Shown in pieces: positions 47,669 to 56,805 of a stretch of DNA of 64,000 nt. The notes beneath the pieces were generated by a model. The model did not search any database. It had not been told where the DNA came from and saw only the letters and a list, made by a program, of their open reading frames with translations. A program made the translations under genes and the position numbers. The DNA is from an uncultured virus (IMG/VR IMGVR_UViG_3300021387_000812) (taxonomy: Duplodnaviria; Heunggongvirae; Uroviricota; Caudoviricetes): IMG/VR virus record IMGVR_UViG_3300021387_000812; one strand, given 5' to 3'. Position 1 is the first letter of the stretch. Each line of letters begins with the position of its first letter.

Positions 47669-48220
47669 GTGATCGGCAAATTAAAGGATATTACCTTGAA
47701 CCGTGACGGCTCGCAAAACGTAACCGTCACAGTCCAGGCAGACTTTAGAGAAGACTTCGATGCGCTCTGCAATAAGGATGTCGAGATCACTATCAAGAAG
47801 GCGTCAGTAAAGAGAAGTCTTGACGCCAACGCATTCTTATGGTTTTTGTGCGGCCAGATCGCGGAGCGATCTTCCAAGTATTCGAAGGCCGGCAAGAACG
47901 ATGTGTATCGGGATGCTATCCGGGCCAAAGGAGTTTACGAACCGCTGATGATCCGTGCGGACGCACTGGAAAGGTTCATCAACCGCTGGGCAGATAAAGG
48001 CACGGGCTGGTTCGCAGAAGTTATCGACGATTATAAGGATAAATATAAAATCGTCCACGCTTACTACGGCAGCTCGACCTACACCACGGCTGAGATGAGC
48101 CGCGTCATCGACTATGTGATTCTCGAAGCCGAAGACCTGGGCATACCCACAATCACACCGAAGGAGATGGAGAAGCTTCTGGGCCGCTGGACAGTAAAAC
48201 AGGAGAAGAGAGTGGCATAA
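47669..48220 (+). CDS. NinB/Orf-like recombination protein
   Basis: RSLDANA..W...IA and GSSTY...EMS..ID...A..LGI. Confidence 0.65.
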   Translation: MIGKLKDITLNRDGSQNVTVTVQADFREDFDALCNKDVEITIKKASVKRSLDANAFLWFLCGQIAERSSKYSKAGKNDVYRDAIRAKGVYEPLMIRADALERFINRWADKGTGWFAEVIDDYKDKYKIVHAYYGSSTYTTAEMSRVIDYVILEAEDLGIPTITPKEMEKLLGRWTVKQEKRVA

Positions 48221-48222
48221 AT

Positions 48223-48501
48223 GTGAGTAAGTCAATCATGCAGACAGAACACGAATGTTATCTCTGCGGCCGGCAGTTCGGATTAGAACGACATCACATT
48301 CTTGCAGGTCCTGCTAACCGTAAACTCTCCGAAAAGTATGGACTCTGGGTTTACCTTTGCCACAACTGCCACACGGGCAACGGCGGCGCCCAGTATGAGA
48401 AGGAACTGAATTTGAGATTAAAGCGCGAAGCGCAGGAAGCGTTTGAAAGGGAGTACGATGGAGAATCATTCAGAGATATCTTCGGTAAAAACTACCTGTA
48501 A
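48223..48501 (+). CDS. Small HNH-like Zn-binding protein
   Basis: CYLCG..LERHH..G...R..S.KYGL.V.LC..CH. Confidence 0.7.
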   Translation: MSKSIMQTEHECYLCGRQFGLERHHILAGPANRKLSEKYGLWVYLCHNCHTGNGGAQYEKELNLRLKREAQEAFEREYDGESFRDIFGKNYL

Positions 48502-48721
48502 CACCGTAAAGAAGGCAACCCTGTGCTGGGATTGCCAGCTGGCAAACGGCAGGTGCAGTTGGTCGGATGAGTTCAAACCTGTCAAAGGTTGGAACGCAAC
48601 ACCGACGCAGATCAAATCATCTGCCCATAATGTTTACCCGATCGTGCACTCGTATGTTGTGCACGACTGCCCGCTGTTCCTGCGGGATGAACCAAGGAAG
48701 CCGCGCAAGATTGTTTTGTAA
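48458..48721 (+). CDS. Cys-rich hypothetical protein
   Basis: TLCWDC..CSWS..PV.GW..CP.F. Confidence 0.65.
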   Translation: MENHSEISSVKTTCNTVKKATLCWDCQLANGRCSWSDEFKPVKGWNATPTQIKSSAHNVYPIVHSYVVHDCPLFLRDEPRKPRKIVL

Positions 48722-48728
48722 AGGGGAG

Positions 48729-49007
48729 ATGCCTATGCTCTTTATCAGTATTATGCAGGTGTTGATCTTCGGAGCTCTGGTTCTGATCTGTGTTCTCGTC
48801 CGGGATATCGCTGTTATGATCTCATCGATGATCCCGGACGAAGAAGAAGAAGAACCAACCGAAGAGATGGTGGAGCTTGCAAAGAAGACAGAAGACGGCC
48901 GCATCTATCATCTCAACTGTAAGATCTGCGGCCATGATTGGTGGTCTATCGAACCATACGTAAAGTATTGTCCGAACTGCGGAGAGAAGAATGAGATTGT
49001 CAAATAG
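48729..49007 (+). CDS. Membrane-anchored Zn-ribbon protein
   Basis: N-terminal TM helix; CKICG..CPNCG. Confidence 0.6.
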   Translation: MPMLFISIMQVLIFGALVLICVLVRDIAVMISSMIPDEEEEEPTEEMVELAKKTEDGRIYHLNCKICGHDWWSIEPYVKYCPNCGEKNEIVK

Positions 49008-49404
49008 TGAAACGTTGTTCAACTCTCTTTCCACGAAGTACGATTACTATGGAACGACCTTTTACAACACAACAAGAGAGAGCGCCCTGGTGAATGATGA
49101 CGGCGACATGATCGTCTTACGCACATGTAGGGTGTACCGAAAACACAATCCAGAGATTACAAACCTGTATTCGACCTGGCGAGTTTATACACCGTTTAAA
49201 CAGGAGTATGAGTTCTCTTTATTCGGGCTGGAAACAGATGGTCAGGATGAGTTGTTTGTAGCAACTGGCGGAGAAGTTATTAATGGGAGTCTTTGGTTCT
49301 TTTGTAACGGGCAGTATTATAAATATTTAACGTCTGATGAATATGAGTATTGTACAAAATACCAAATCATAAACACAGATGAATGGATGGAGTTAATAAA
49401 ATGA
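48991..49404 (+). CDS. Hypothetical protein (C-terminal EWxxL motif)
   Basis: RBS; ends INTDEWMELIK. Confidence 0.65.
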   Translation: MRLSNSETLFNSLSTKYDYYGTTFYNTTRESALVNDDGDMIVLRTCRVYRKHNPEITNLYSTWRVYTPFKQEYEFSLFGLETDGQDELFVATGGEVINGSLWFFCNGQYYKYLTSDEYEYCTKYQIINTDEWMELIK

Positions 49405-49868
49405 CGCTTATAGACCGTAGCAATTTTATGGACCGGATTCATCCGAATAACTTCATAGATATAGATTACTCCAAACCCAATATGAATGACTGGTATGTAC
49501 AACTTGGATATTGGAAATACGGCGCTAAGTGGGTAGATAGTTCAACTGGAATGGTTTACAACTTAGAAGAAGCAAAGATATACCAAAACTTCTATTATTT
49601 TGATAACACCGAAACAATGATATTTACCCTGGATGCTAATATCTGTAGCCCAAGTCTCGGTGTAATACACGCACGGCTGAACCCCAGCGGCATATGTACC
49701 AATAATCCAAATATCTTTTTTGAAGCACCTGATTTTGTTAGCTGCACAGATTTAGTAAGAAGATTAAATGATGGAGACTTCTCAGCTCTAATGGTTTGGA
49801 AAGGTCTGCCGGAAGGAGATTCTCAGGAAAATATCTCACAGGAAGAATGGTTAAAACTCATAACATAA
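49401..49868 (+). CDS. Hypothetical protein (C-terminal EWxxL motif)
   Basis: Ends ISQEEWLKLIT. Confidence 0.65.
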   Translation: MTLIDRSNFMDRIHPNNFIDIDYSKPNMNDWYVQLGYWKYGAKWVDSSTGMVYNLEEAKIYQNFYYFDNTETMIFTLDANICSPSLGVIHARLNPSGICTNNPNIFFEAPDFVSCTDLVRRLNDGDFSALMVWKGLPEGDSQENISQEEWLKLIT

Positions 49869-49874
49869 AAAGGT

Positions 49875-50078
49875 GTGATACGTATGACAGAACATGAACT
49901 CAGGATGATGCGGTATCAGATCCAGAATCTGCTCAATCATATGACAGCCAATGCGTATGAGTATGGCGTTTACATCCAGGACGGCGAAGCGTTTGCTGAC
50001 CTGCTGACGAAGATGGAAAAGCTGATCAACGTCAACCTGAACATACACCCACCCGATAAAGAAGGAGCACGGAAATGA
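49875..50078 (+). CDS. Hypothetical protein
   Basis: Packing. Confidence 0.6.
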   Translation: MIRMTEHELRMMRYQIQNLLNHMTANAYEYGVYIQDGEAFADLLTKMEKLINVNLNIHPPDKEGARK

Positions 50079-50374
50079 ACGTTGTAATCTGTATGCATCC
50101 GAACAACAGTTCCAAATATATGTTTAAGGTTCCAGATAATGTACGGCTTCATGCCGGCGACTACGTCCTGGTTCAAACCAGCCGGTCACCTTCGGAGATC
50201 GCGCTCTGCGTTACGGACAGCTTCGAACCGAAGTATCCTGAGCTTATCGCAAAGCACTGGGATACCGAAGTGAAAAAGCTGAAGCCCGTGATCGCACAAC
50301 TCTATGCGAAAAGGTTTGAGTACGATGAAAAACATGATGTTGAAATTAAGGAAACAGATAACGACTGGAAGTAA
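50075..50374 (+). CDS. Hypothetical protein
   Basis: RBS; ATGA overlap. Confidence 0.65.
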   Translation: MNVVICMHPNNSSKYMFKVPDNVRLHAGDYVLVQTSRSPSEIALCVTDSFEPKYPELIAKHWDTEVKKLKPVIAQLYAKRFEYDEKHDVEIKETDNDWK

Positions 50375-50393
50375 AGTAAAGGAAGTAAAGAAT

Positions 50394-50861
50394 ATGGATA
50401 AACTGAATCTCTCTGCTCCGTGGATTACTTACGTTAGCGAACTCAAGGTGCTGTTTAAGTATGATCCTAATGTACAGATCGAGTACGACCAGGAAGATAA
50501 AGAAGTGAAACTGTACGTCCAGAGTGCGACCAAAGCTGATGCGCTGACCCAGCTCCTTGCCGGAGAAGTTGTCTTCGGCAATGAGACACTGAAGGTTACC
50601 GTGATTCCCGCGAATGAAGATACTGATAAGCTGTCTCTCATGCGCAAGGCGCTCGACGGCAATCCGGTGTTCAAGGAGATCATCGAAGCTCAGCGGCCCG
50701 GTGCAACCTTCAAGTATGCCATGTTCACCAATGACGTGGCCCAGTTCTACAACGACCAGATGGATGATCCCGTAGGCTACAAGACCATGCTTTACGCGGA
50801 CGTTGCGAAGGATGTTTTCGGCGACATTGACGGAACCTTCTATAGCACTGAGCTGAAATAA
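50394..50861 (+). CDS. Conserved phage hypothetical protein
   Basis: LSAPW..Y...LF..DP and V.Q.YND motifs. Confidence 0.75.
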   Translation: MDKLNLSAPWITYVSELKVLFKYDPNVQIEYDQEDKEVKLYVQSATKADALTQLLAGEVVFGNETLKVTVIPANEDTDKLSLMRKALDGNPVFKEIIEAQRPGATFKYAMFTNDVAQFYNDQMDDPVGYKTMLYADVAKDVFGDIDGTFYSTELK

Positions 50862-50871
50862 GGAGAAGACA

Positions 50872-51030
50872 ATGAGAACAATTGAGATCCCGGAAGAGAT
50901 TTACGATCATCTTTGTACGGCTCTGACCTGCTACGAAGCAGCTGAGAGAACTGAGCAGTATGATCCCGGAGAAGCTCTGTATGAAGACATCATGGATGTC
51001 GTAAACGAAATCGAAGAGATTATGAACTAA
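50872..51030 (+). CDS. 52-aa acidic hypothetical protein
   Basis: AAGGAG RBS; below the ORF-track cutoff. Confidence 0.6.
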   Translation: MRTIEIPEEIYDHLCTALTCYEAAERTEQYDPGEALYEDIMDVVNEIEEIMN

Positions 51031-51036
51031 TGCAGA

Positions 51037-51230
51037 TGCGCGGTGGCGGAATAGATTGCTATCAATCCTGCGGAGAGTAAATAAGGACGTGGCTCTCATT
51101 CAAGTACACCTGATTACAGGGGCGCAGGTCACGGCTAAAGTAGACGCTAGGCAGAGCCGAACACGAGACAGATGGAGCAGCCGAAAGGTACACAGTCTGT
51201 CATGTGTGGTGCAAATCCACACCCGCGCAG
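51037..51230 (+). ncRNA. tRNA-like RNA with large insertions
   Basis: Acceptor TGCGCGG/CCGCGCA, D-arm halves TGGCGGAATA...GTAGACGC, T-arm GTGTGG-TGCAAAT-CCACAC. Confidence 0.55.
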
Positions 51231-51253
51231 CAAAAGGTTAAAGGAGCATCTCA

Positions 51254-51520
51254 ATGAAGGTAAACACAAAAATGGGTGTGCTCGAAGCCAAGGTAGTCGA
51301 AGACCCCAATTATCCTGGCATTCAAATCGGATTGAATATCAATGGCGAATGGATCGAGTATGCCTGGGTTGAAGTAGATCAATGCGGCAATGAATCAATG
51401 TTGAAGGTTCACATATTTGATACGATTAGCGATGAGCCGCTTTACACCTTAGAGCAACCAAAACAATTTGTCGAACATTGCCTTGTGAATGGTAGTGGCG
51501 GCAGACTAACTGTGATTTAG
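51254..51520 (+). CDS. Hypothetical protein
   Basis: AAGGAG RBS. Confidence 0.7.
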   Translation: MKVNTKMGVLEAKVVEDPNYPGIQIGLNINGEWIEYAWVEVDQCGNESMLKVHIFDTISDEPLYTLEQPKQFVEHCLVNGSGGRLTVI

Positions 51521-51590
51521 TGAATGGCATCCTGTAAGATACGCCCTGGTTTCCAGGGCGTTTTACTTTACCCATAAGGAGTGAGCGACG

Positions 51591-51857
51591 ATGATCACCA
51601 CAATCTACTACGATACTTTCCATAACAACTATCTGCTCTCCATCAGTGAGCATGCGGCGCCTGGGAGATATGTTGAAGTCTTTCGTGGAACCCGGCCCGC
51701 CGAATCCGAGCAGAATCCCGCAATCGAGAATGAAACCGTGATGGCTGAAGAAGAGTTCGACGAGATCGTTCGTCACCTGATCGGCGAAGAGACGGTCGAA
51801 GAAGAACCCGTTGAAGAAGCGGCTGAAGAGCCTGTCGAAGAGCCGGCTGAAGAATAA
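51591..51857 (+). CDS. Acidic hypothetical protein with EEPVEE repeats
   Basis: RBS; low-complexity tail. Confidence 0.65.
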   Translation: MITTIYYDTFHNNYLLSISEHAAPGRYVEVFRGTRPAESEQNPAIENETVMAEEEFDEIVRHLIGEETVEEEPVEEAAEEPVEEPAEE

Positions 51858-51930
51858 CTGACACAGGATGCTAGGGATCATCCGCATAGGTGGTGGGGAT
51901 GCGGATACTGATAATAAGGAGAGTCGTAAT

Positions 51931-52152
51931 ATGACACAGACACAGCAAATCTTGAACCACCTGCAGGAGCAGGGAAGTATCACGCCGCTGGAAGCTATGC
52001 AGGAGTATGGATGTATGCGGCTGGGAGCAAGGATCTACGATCTCAAGGCGGCCGGCTGGCCGATCACTTCGATTATCGAGAGATCTGTGAACCGCTTTGG
52101 TAAGGAGACAAAATACGCAAAGTATTTTATGAGTGAGAAGAGATGCAGCTAA
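51931..52152 (+). CDS. Winged helix-turn-helix protein
   Basis: IL.HL...GSITPLEA...YG.MRLGARI.DLK. Confidence 0.8.
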   Translation: MTQTQQILNHLQEQGSITPLEAMQEYGCMRLGARIYDLKAAGWPITSIIERSVNRFGKETKYAKYFMSEKRCS

Positions 52153-52466
52153 ACAAAATAAAGAATCTCGACAGAATCATTGAGCTGTTGGAGATCGAAC
52201 ATGAGTGCATGCTCAAAGGAGCGCACGGGGACTGCGACCGAAAGTGTGAAGACTGCGAATTGGTGCAGGACGACTGGGAACTGCATGAGATGTACACGGA
52301 TGTCATATGGGTTATGAAGCAACTTAAACCTGTTGCTCCTGCTTTCCAGCTGGGCGGTTATCCAACGAGAGTTACATCTTTTATGCTTTGTGGCGAATGC
52401 AATCAGCCGATAGCTAGAAGCGACGCGTTCTGTCGTGCTTGCGGCCGGCCGATAGATTGGAGTTGA
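52143..52466 (+). CDS. Zn-ribbon protein of the cassette-array family
   Basis: CGEC...FCRACGRPIDWS C-terminus. Confidence 0.7.
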   Translation: MQLNKIKNLDRIIELLEIEHECMLKGAHGDCDRKCEDCELVQDDWELHEMYTDVIWVMKQLKPVAPAFQLGGYPTRVTSFMLCGECNQPIARSDAFCRACGRPIDWS

Positions 52467-52470
52467 TCGC

Positions 52471-53223
52471 ATGGAGATTGACCATACATATTTAATCGAT
52501 GGAGAACCTTATAGACTCGCGCAGATCTCGACATCTCTTGGCAGCCCGCCTGAGTATACGTTTGTGCCTGCTGCAAACATAGAGCTCAGAACAAACACTC
52601 GTGCTGATGTCATAGACGCAACAGCATCTGTTCCGGCACAGTATCCTATAACGGCAGACGGACTGACTTTTAATGCAGATGAACTGACAGTAGGTTCGAC
52701 GGTAGTAAACTTAGGTACGCCGTATACAGTAGATTCGGCGGCAGTAAGTGCTCCGCCGACTGACGTAGACGGGGACGATGCGACTTTCGTTTGGGACCCG
52801 CCGCGTATAAACGAAATACTAGACGCACGGCATCCGGATGCTATGGATGGTCCGATTGTTGGAAGACGTTCACAAATCATGATGGCCGATGATCCACCGG
52901 AATTAAACCTTGAAACCGTATCTGTCAGCAGACCGGATGATGGCAACGTTGTGCTTGAAGGATTCAGGCCCTTGCATCCCCAAATCCCAACCGGCGACAC
53001 GTATCGTATTGTGCAGCCGAACATAAACATTGCGTCACTAGCAACAACAAATATTTTCAGCGACAACATAGCTGCTGATACGGCGGGCGGTCTGTGGATA
53101 GACGACCAGATGGCAAAGCAAATCGAAGAAGCGAAAGAATTGTTAAAAAATATTTTAAACAAACCAGCCACCGAACCCATTGATAACGATGCCTGGGATG
53201 AACTGTTCACGCCGGCTACATAA
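52471..53223 (+). CDS. Hypothetical protein
   Basis: GGAG RBS; ends IDNDAWDELF. Confidence 0.65.
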   Translation: MEIDHTYLIDGEPYRLAQISTSLGSPPEYTFVPAANIELRTNTRADVIDATASVPAQYPITADGLTFNADELTVGSTVVNLGTPYTVDSAAVSAPPTDVDGDDATFVWDPPRINEILDARHPDAMDGPIVGRRSQIMMADDPPELNLETVSVSRPDDGNVVLEGFRPLHPQIPTGDTYRIVQPNINIASLATTNIFSDNIAADTAGGLWIDDQMAKQIEEAKELLKNILNKPATEPIDNDAWDELFTPAT

Positions 53224-53234
53224 GAGAATAAAAC

Positions 53235-53465
53235 ATGGCTACGATCAATATGACGCATTCAAATCTAACGCGTATTCTCAGTAACATGAACAATGATTGG
53301 ACAACTTCAACTAACATATGGGAAGCCTACTTGGCAAAATATATAAATGGATCATGGAACCCTGACGACGAAGTAGATACAACAAAATGGAGAACAAAGC
53401 AGAGCTCTGACGACAAAGTAGATATAGCGGAGTGGGATAAGCTGACCCAACCGATAAAGGAGTGA
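53235..53465 (+). CDS. Hypothetical protein
   Basis: Ends VDIAEWDKL. Confidence 0.6.
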   Translation: MATINMTHSNLTRILSNMNNDWTTSTNIWEAYLAKYINGSWNPDDEVDTTKWRTKQSSDDKVDIAEWDKLTQPIKE

Positions 53466-53469
53466 GACC

Positions 53470-53661
53470 GTGTTTATTCTTGATCTTCCGGTTCCGGAAA
53501 ACTGCTTTGATTGTTATCTGCTTAACGATGAAATGGGATGGTGTCTGCTTTTCGATGGCGTACCAGCACACGCACATGCGGATAAAGAGAAGCGTCCGGA
53601 CTGGTGTCCGATCATACTTATGGAGATGCAGAATGGAGATAAACAAAGAGCTGAACGATAA
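53470..53661 (+). CDS. Small Cys-rich protein
   Basis: AAGGAG RBS; PENCFDC...RPDWCP. Confidence 0.6.
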   Translation: MFILDLPVPENCFDCYLLNDEMGWCLLFDGVPAHAHADKEKRPDWCPIILMEMQNGDKQRAER

Positions 53662-53908
53662 GTACCGCCGCAAATATATAAGAGTATCTCGTAAGTGGCA
53701 GCGGCTCAAGTTCCACGTTAAGTATTGCCCGAACTGCTACAGCCCGAACATTGGTTTGAACGAGAGCCACACATCCTGGCTGAAAAGGTTTTGGTTGGAG
53801 TGCGACGATTGCTACACCGCCAGTAAAAGCAAACCGACAATCAGGATGGCAATCCGCAGCTGGAACAGAATGAAACCAGACAAGAAGGTAAACGATGAAC
53901 AAGATTGA
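53633..53908 (+). CDS. Lar-like Zn-finger protein
   Basis: CPNC..ECDDC...AI.SWN. Confidence 0.6.
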   Translation: MEINKELNDKYRRKYIRVSRKWQRLKFHVKYCPNCYSPNIGLNESHTSWLKRFWLECDDCYTASKSKPTIRMAIRSWNRMKPDKKVNDEQD

Positions 53909-54326
53909 ACAACTGATGAAGCGAAGGCAGTGCCTTTGGAGTGACGCTAAGAAGTACCTGGCTGAACACCGGCACAGCGATGGCCTTGTCGACCCGGAAG
54001 ATCTCGAAATCTACGACAAGATGACGGACAATGTGATTAAACTCGGAGAAGAGATTGACCGGCTGGTCAGACAATTGGAGATCGACAGGCTGATTGATGC
54101 TCCGGTTGAAAAAAGAATAGCAATCGAACGGTGTCCATGGTGCGGCAGTGCAGGTATACTCACACAAACGTTAATCGAAGGTTATACGAATAGTCACTTC
54201 TATTACGTAGCGTGTTCTAACCCGAACTGTAAGGCAGAAGCGCCGGCAGGCAGATACAGCGACATTGATAGACATGAGCAGATAGCAAAACAAATGGCAA
54301 TCGAAGTCTGGAATAGAAGAGCGTAA
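53895..54326 (+). CDS. Fusion of capsid delta-domain-like helix and Lar-like Zn finger
   Basis: N-terminus resembles the HK97-type MCP scaffold domain; C-terminal CPWCG..C.NPNC..A.E.WNRR. Confidence 0.55.
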   Translation: MNKIEQLMKRRQCLWSDAKKYLAEHRHSDGLVDPEDLEIYDKMTDNVIKLGEEIDRLVRQLEIDRLIDAPVEKRIAIERCPWCGSAGILTQTLIEGYTNSHFYYVACSNPNCKAEAPAGRYSDIDRHEQIAKQMAIEVWNRRA

Positions 54327-54329
54327 GCA

Positions 54330-54367
54330 GTTCGGCCCCTGCCGAAAGGGGCCGAACACTATTTTTT
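54330..54367 (+). terminator. Intrinsic terminator
   Basis: GTTCGGCCCCT/AGGGGCCGAAC plus T-tract. Confidence 0.75.
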
Positions 54368-54378
54368 AGGAGATTGAA

Positions 54379-54579
54379 ATGAAACAGACAGTTGCAATCT
54401 CAGAGAAGTTCTTGCTCAGCACAGAAGAAGCGAGCGACTACTTCAACATCGGCATCAACAAACTGCGCCGGCTGATACAGAACAACACGAACGCCGGTTG
54501 GATTCTATGGAACGGCAACCGCGCATATATAAAAAGGAAAGAGTTCGAAAAATATCTAACTGGAATCTCCAATATTTAA
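54379..54579 (+). CDS. xis: Tn916-type excisionase
   Basis: L..EEAS.YF.IG.NKLR.L...W.L.NGNR..IKRK.FEK. Confidence 0.88.
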   Translation: MKQTVAISEKFLLSTEEASDYFNIGINKLRRLIQNNTNAGWILWNGNRAYIKRKEFEKYLTGISNI

Positions 54580-54580
54580 C

Positions 54581-54610
54581 TTGTAATCTACCCCGACCGC
54601 AGAATATAAT
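54581..54610 (+). promoter_or_regulatory. Possible sigma-A promoter for int
   Basis: TTGTAA-N18-TATAAT between xis and int. Confidence 0.45.
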
Positions 54611-54637
54611 AAGACGTCTGACGTAAAAGGAGTCCAG

Positions 54638-55891
54638 ATGAAAAGGAAGGATAGTAAAGGCAGAGTCCTACGACCTGGAGAATATGAAAGGAGAGATAAG
54701 AGATACGCGTTTAGGTATAAGAATGAAAAAGGGAAGGCCGCATACATATACTCCTGGCGGCTGATCGAGTCTGATCCGCACCCCAAAGATAAGCCGCGCT
54801 GCGAATGTCTCAGAGAACTTGAGAAGTCTATTCTGAAAGATCTTGGAGACGGCATCCAGACCAACTCAAAAATCACGCTCAACCAAAGATGGGATGAGTA
54901 CATCGCAAACAAGCCGAAACTGAAGCAGTCCACCGCTACAAACTATAAGTACATGTACAACAAGTACATCCGGGATGACATCGGCGGCATGCCGATTAAG
55001 GCAATCTCGTACTCGATGTGTAACAAGTTCTTCAACCATCTGATCAATGAAATAGGATTCAAGATTAACAGCGTCGAGATTGTCAACACGATTCTATCCC
55101 CAGTGTTTAAGATTGCGGTGCGAGACGGACTCATCAGATTAAATCCGATGGAAGGAGTTATGACGGAGTTGAAAAAGAATAACAGCGAAGTTGAAACGCG
55201 GCATGCTTTATCGATGGATCATCAGCTTGCGCTGATGGATTTTGTGCGGACTCACCCGACTTACGGGCACTGGTATCCATTGCTGGTCTGCCTGCTCGGT
55301 ACGGGCTGCCGCATCGGTGAAATGCTCGGTCTTCGGTGGCAGGATATTTACTGGAAACAGAACATCATCTCCATAAATCACAGCCTGATCTACCGGTTAC
55401 AAGATGACGGCTCTGTAAAGTTCAGGATCACCACTACAAAAACAAAGAACAGCAACCGGGAGATCCCAATGTTCAAGTCTGTGAAGGAAGTTTTAAGAGC
55501 AGAGTACGAGCGGCAAGCCAAGTCAGGCTTCTGTAGGGCTGAAATCGAAGGGTACTCTGGTTTTATCTGGCAAAACAAGGATGGTTACGTGCTCTCACCA
55601 CACGCGGTGAACAGAGCGCTGGAAAGAATCATCTCTGCGTACAACGATTTCGAAACTGGAAGAGCCGCAGAAGAGAAGAGACGACCAGATCTGCTCCCAC
55701 ACTTCTCAGCCCACCATCTCAGGCACACTTTTTGCACCAGGCTGTGCGAAGTGGAGACAGATATCAAGGTTATCCAGGAGATCATGGGCCACGCGAACAT
55801 CACAACCACGATGGACATCTATAATGAGTCCAACCTGGACCGCAAAAAGAAGAAGTTTGAAGAACTGGAAAAGATTTCAAACGCCTTCTGA
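54638..55891 (+). CDS. int: Tyrosine integrase, Tn916-like
   Basis: KRKDSKGRVL arm-binding domain; TGCRIGE, HHLRHT, IMGH...TMDIY. Confidence 0.95.
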   Translation: MKRKDSKGRVLRPGEYERRDKRYAFRYKNEKGKAAYIYSWRLIESDPHPKDKPRCECLRELEKSILKDLGDGIQTNSKITLNQRWDEYIANKPKLKQSTATNYKYMYNKYIRDDIGGMPIKAISYSMCNKFFNHLINEIGFKINSVEIVNTILSPVFKIAVRDGLIRLNPMEGVMTELKKNNSEVETRHALSMDHQLALMDFVRTHPTYGHWYPLLVCLLGTGCRIGEMLGLRWQDIYWKQNIISINHSLIYRLQDDGSVKFRITTTKTKNSNREIPMFKSVKEVLRAEYERQAKSGFCRAEIEGYSGFIWQNKDGYVLSPHAVNRALERIISAYNDFETGRAAEEKRRPDLLPHFSAHHLRHTFCTRLCEVETDIKVIQEIMGHANITTTMDIYNESNLDRKKKKFEELEKISNAF

Positions 55892-55896
55892 TGCTG

Positions 55897-56123
55897 TACT
55901 AAAAATTTACCAAAATTTTCCGTGAGAATACGTAGCGAAAAGTAGTAAAACGTAGGTAAGATTTTAGTACGACAAAAATAGAGTCAACAAAATCAACGGC
56001 TCCAAGGCGCAAGGCTACTTTTCCCGACGATGAAGCCTGTCGAAACCTGAAATCCCAGTAAAATCAACAGGTTCAGCACTATAAACACCCTACAAAAACA
56101 GCGGTTTACCAAAAATTTACCAA
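55897..56123 (+). other. attP site with replacement 3' end of lysS
   Basis: 56015-56050 reads LLFPTMKPVET*; AAAAATTTACCAA repeats at 55901 and 56111; AAAATCAAC at 55989 and 56060. Confidence 0.72.
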
Positions 56124-56229
56124 TGATCTATCAAAAAACGTCAGACAATAAGGTTTTCGTAATTTAGAACACGACTCGAAAGAGCCGTGTTTTAAGTTTG
56201 GAAAATTTTATACGAAGGTAGGACGAAGG

Positions 56230-56565
56230 ATGGATAAATTAGAGACATGTATTAAATCGTTGGAGTCAAACTTGAGTAAACAGTCAGGCAAAAATACGAT
56301 CACTCTACCTGTAAACACAGTTGCAAACGCACTTGATCTTCTTAAAGAGATAGCAGAGCCGAAAAAACTAACAAATAAAGAATGGCTCGCAACTTTAACT
56401 CCGGATCAGTGGTGGTTGGCGATGGATTGGCTGTTTCATCAGTACGGTAAAAGGTATGATAACTCTTATATTGCTATTGTAGAGTGGTTGAGTATGTCCA
56501 GAGACACATGGGTAGAGCAAGCAATTAAAGGAGAAGGAGTATGGGACAAACCATTTTGGCAATAA
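56230..56565 (+). CDS. Hypothetical protein (cassette family)
   Basis: ALDLLKE motif. Confidence 0.7.
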   Translation: MDKLETCIKSLESNLSKQSGKNTITLPVNTVANALDLLKEIAEPKKLTNKEWLATLTPDQWWLAMDWLFHQYGKRYDNSYIAIVEWLSMSRDTWVEQAIKGEGVWDKPFWQ

Positions 56566-56789
56566 TTAGTGCGGCGGTTGCAGTAGTTGGAGCGATAACA
56601 ATCTTTCGATTAGTGTATGTTGTGTTTAGCAAGTTGATCGATGGCGACACTCATGAAGAATCAGTTGAATTTGGAGACAAGGCGATCGAAACCCTTTTTG
56701 GAGCTATTGTCCTAGCTCTCATCGCGATAGCGTTAAGAATTTTGTATTTCATTGGAACATATCTTATTCTACCGATCTTTGGATTATAA
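56541..56789 (+). CDS. Two-TM membrane protein
   Basis: Two hydrophobic segments; RBS. Confidence 0.7.
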   Translation: MGQTILAIISAAVAVVGAITIFRLVYVVFSKLIDGDTHEESVEFGDKAIETLFGAIVLALIAIALRILYFIGTYLILPIFGL

Positions 56790-56805
56790 AAAAGGAGTGC
56801 GAACA

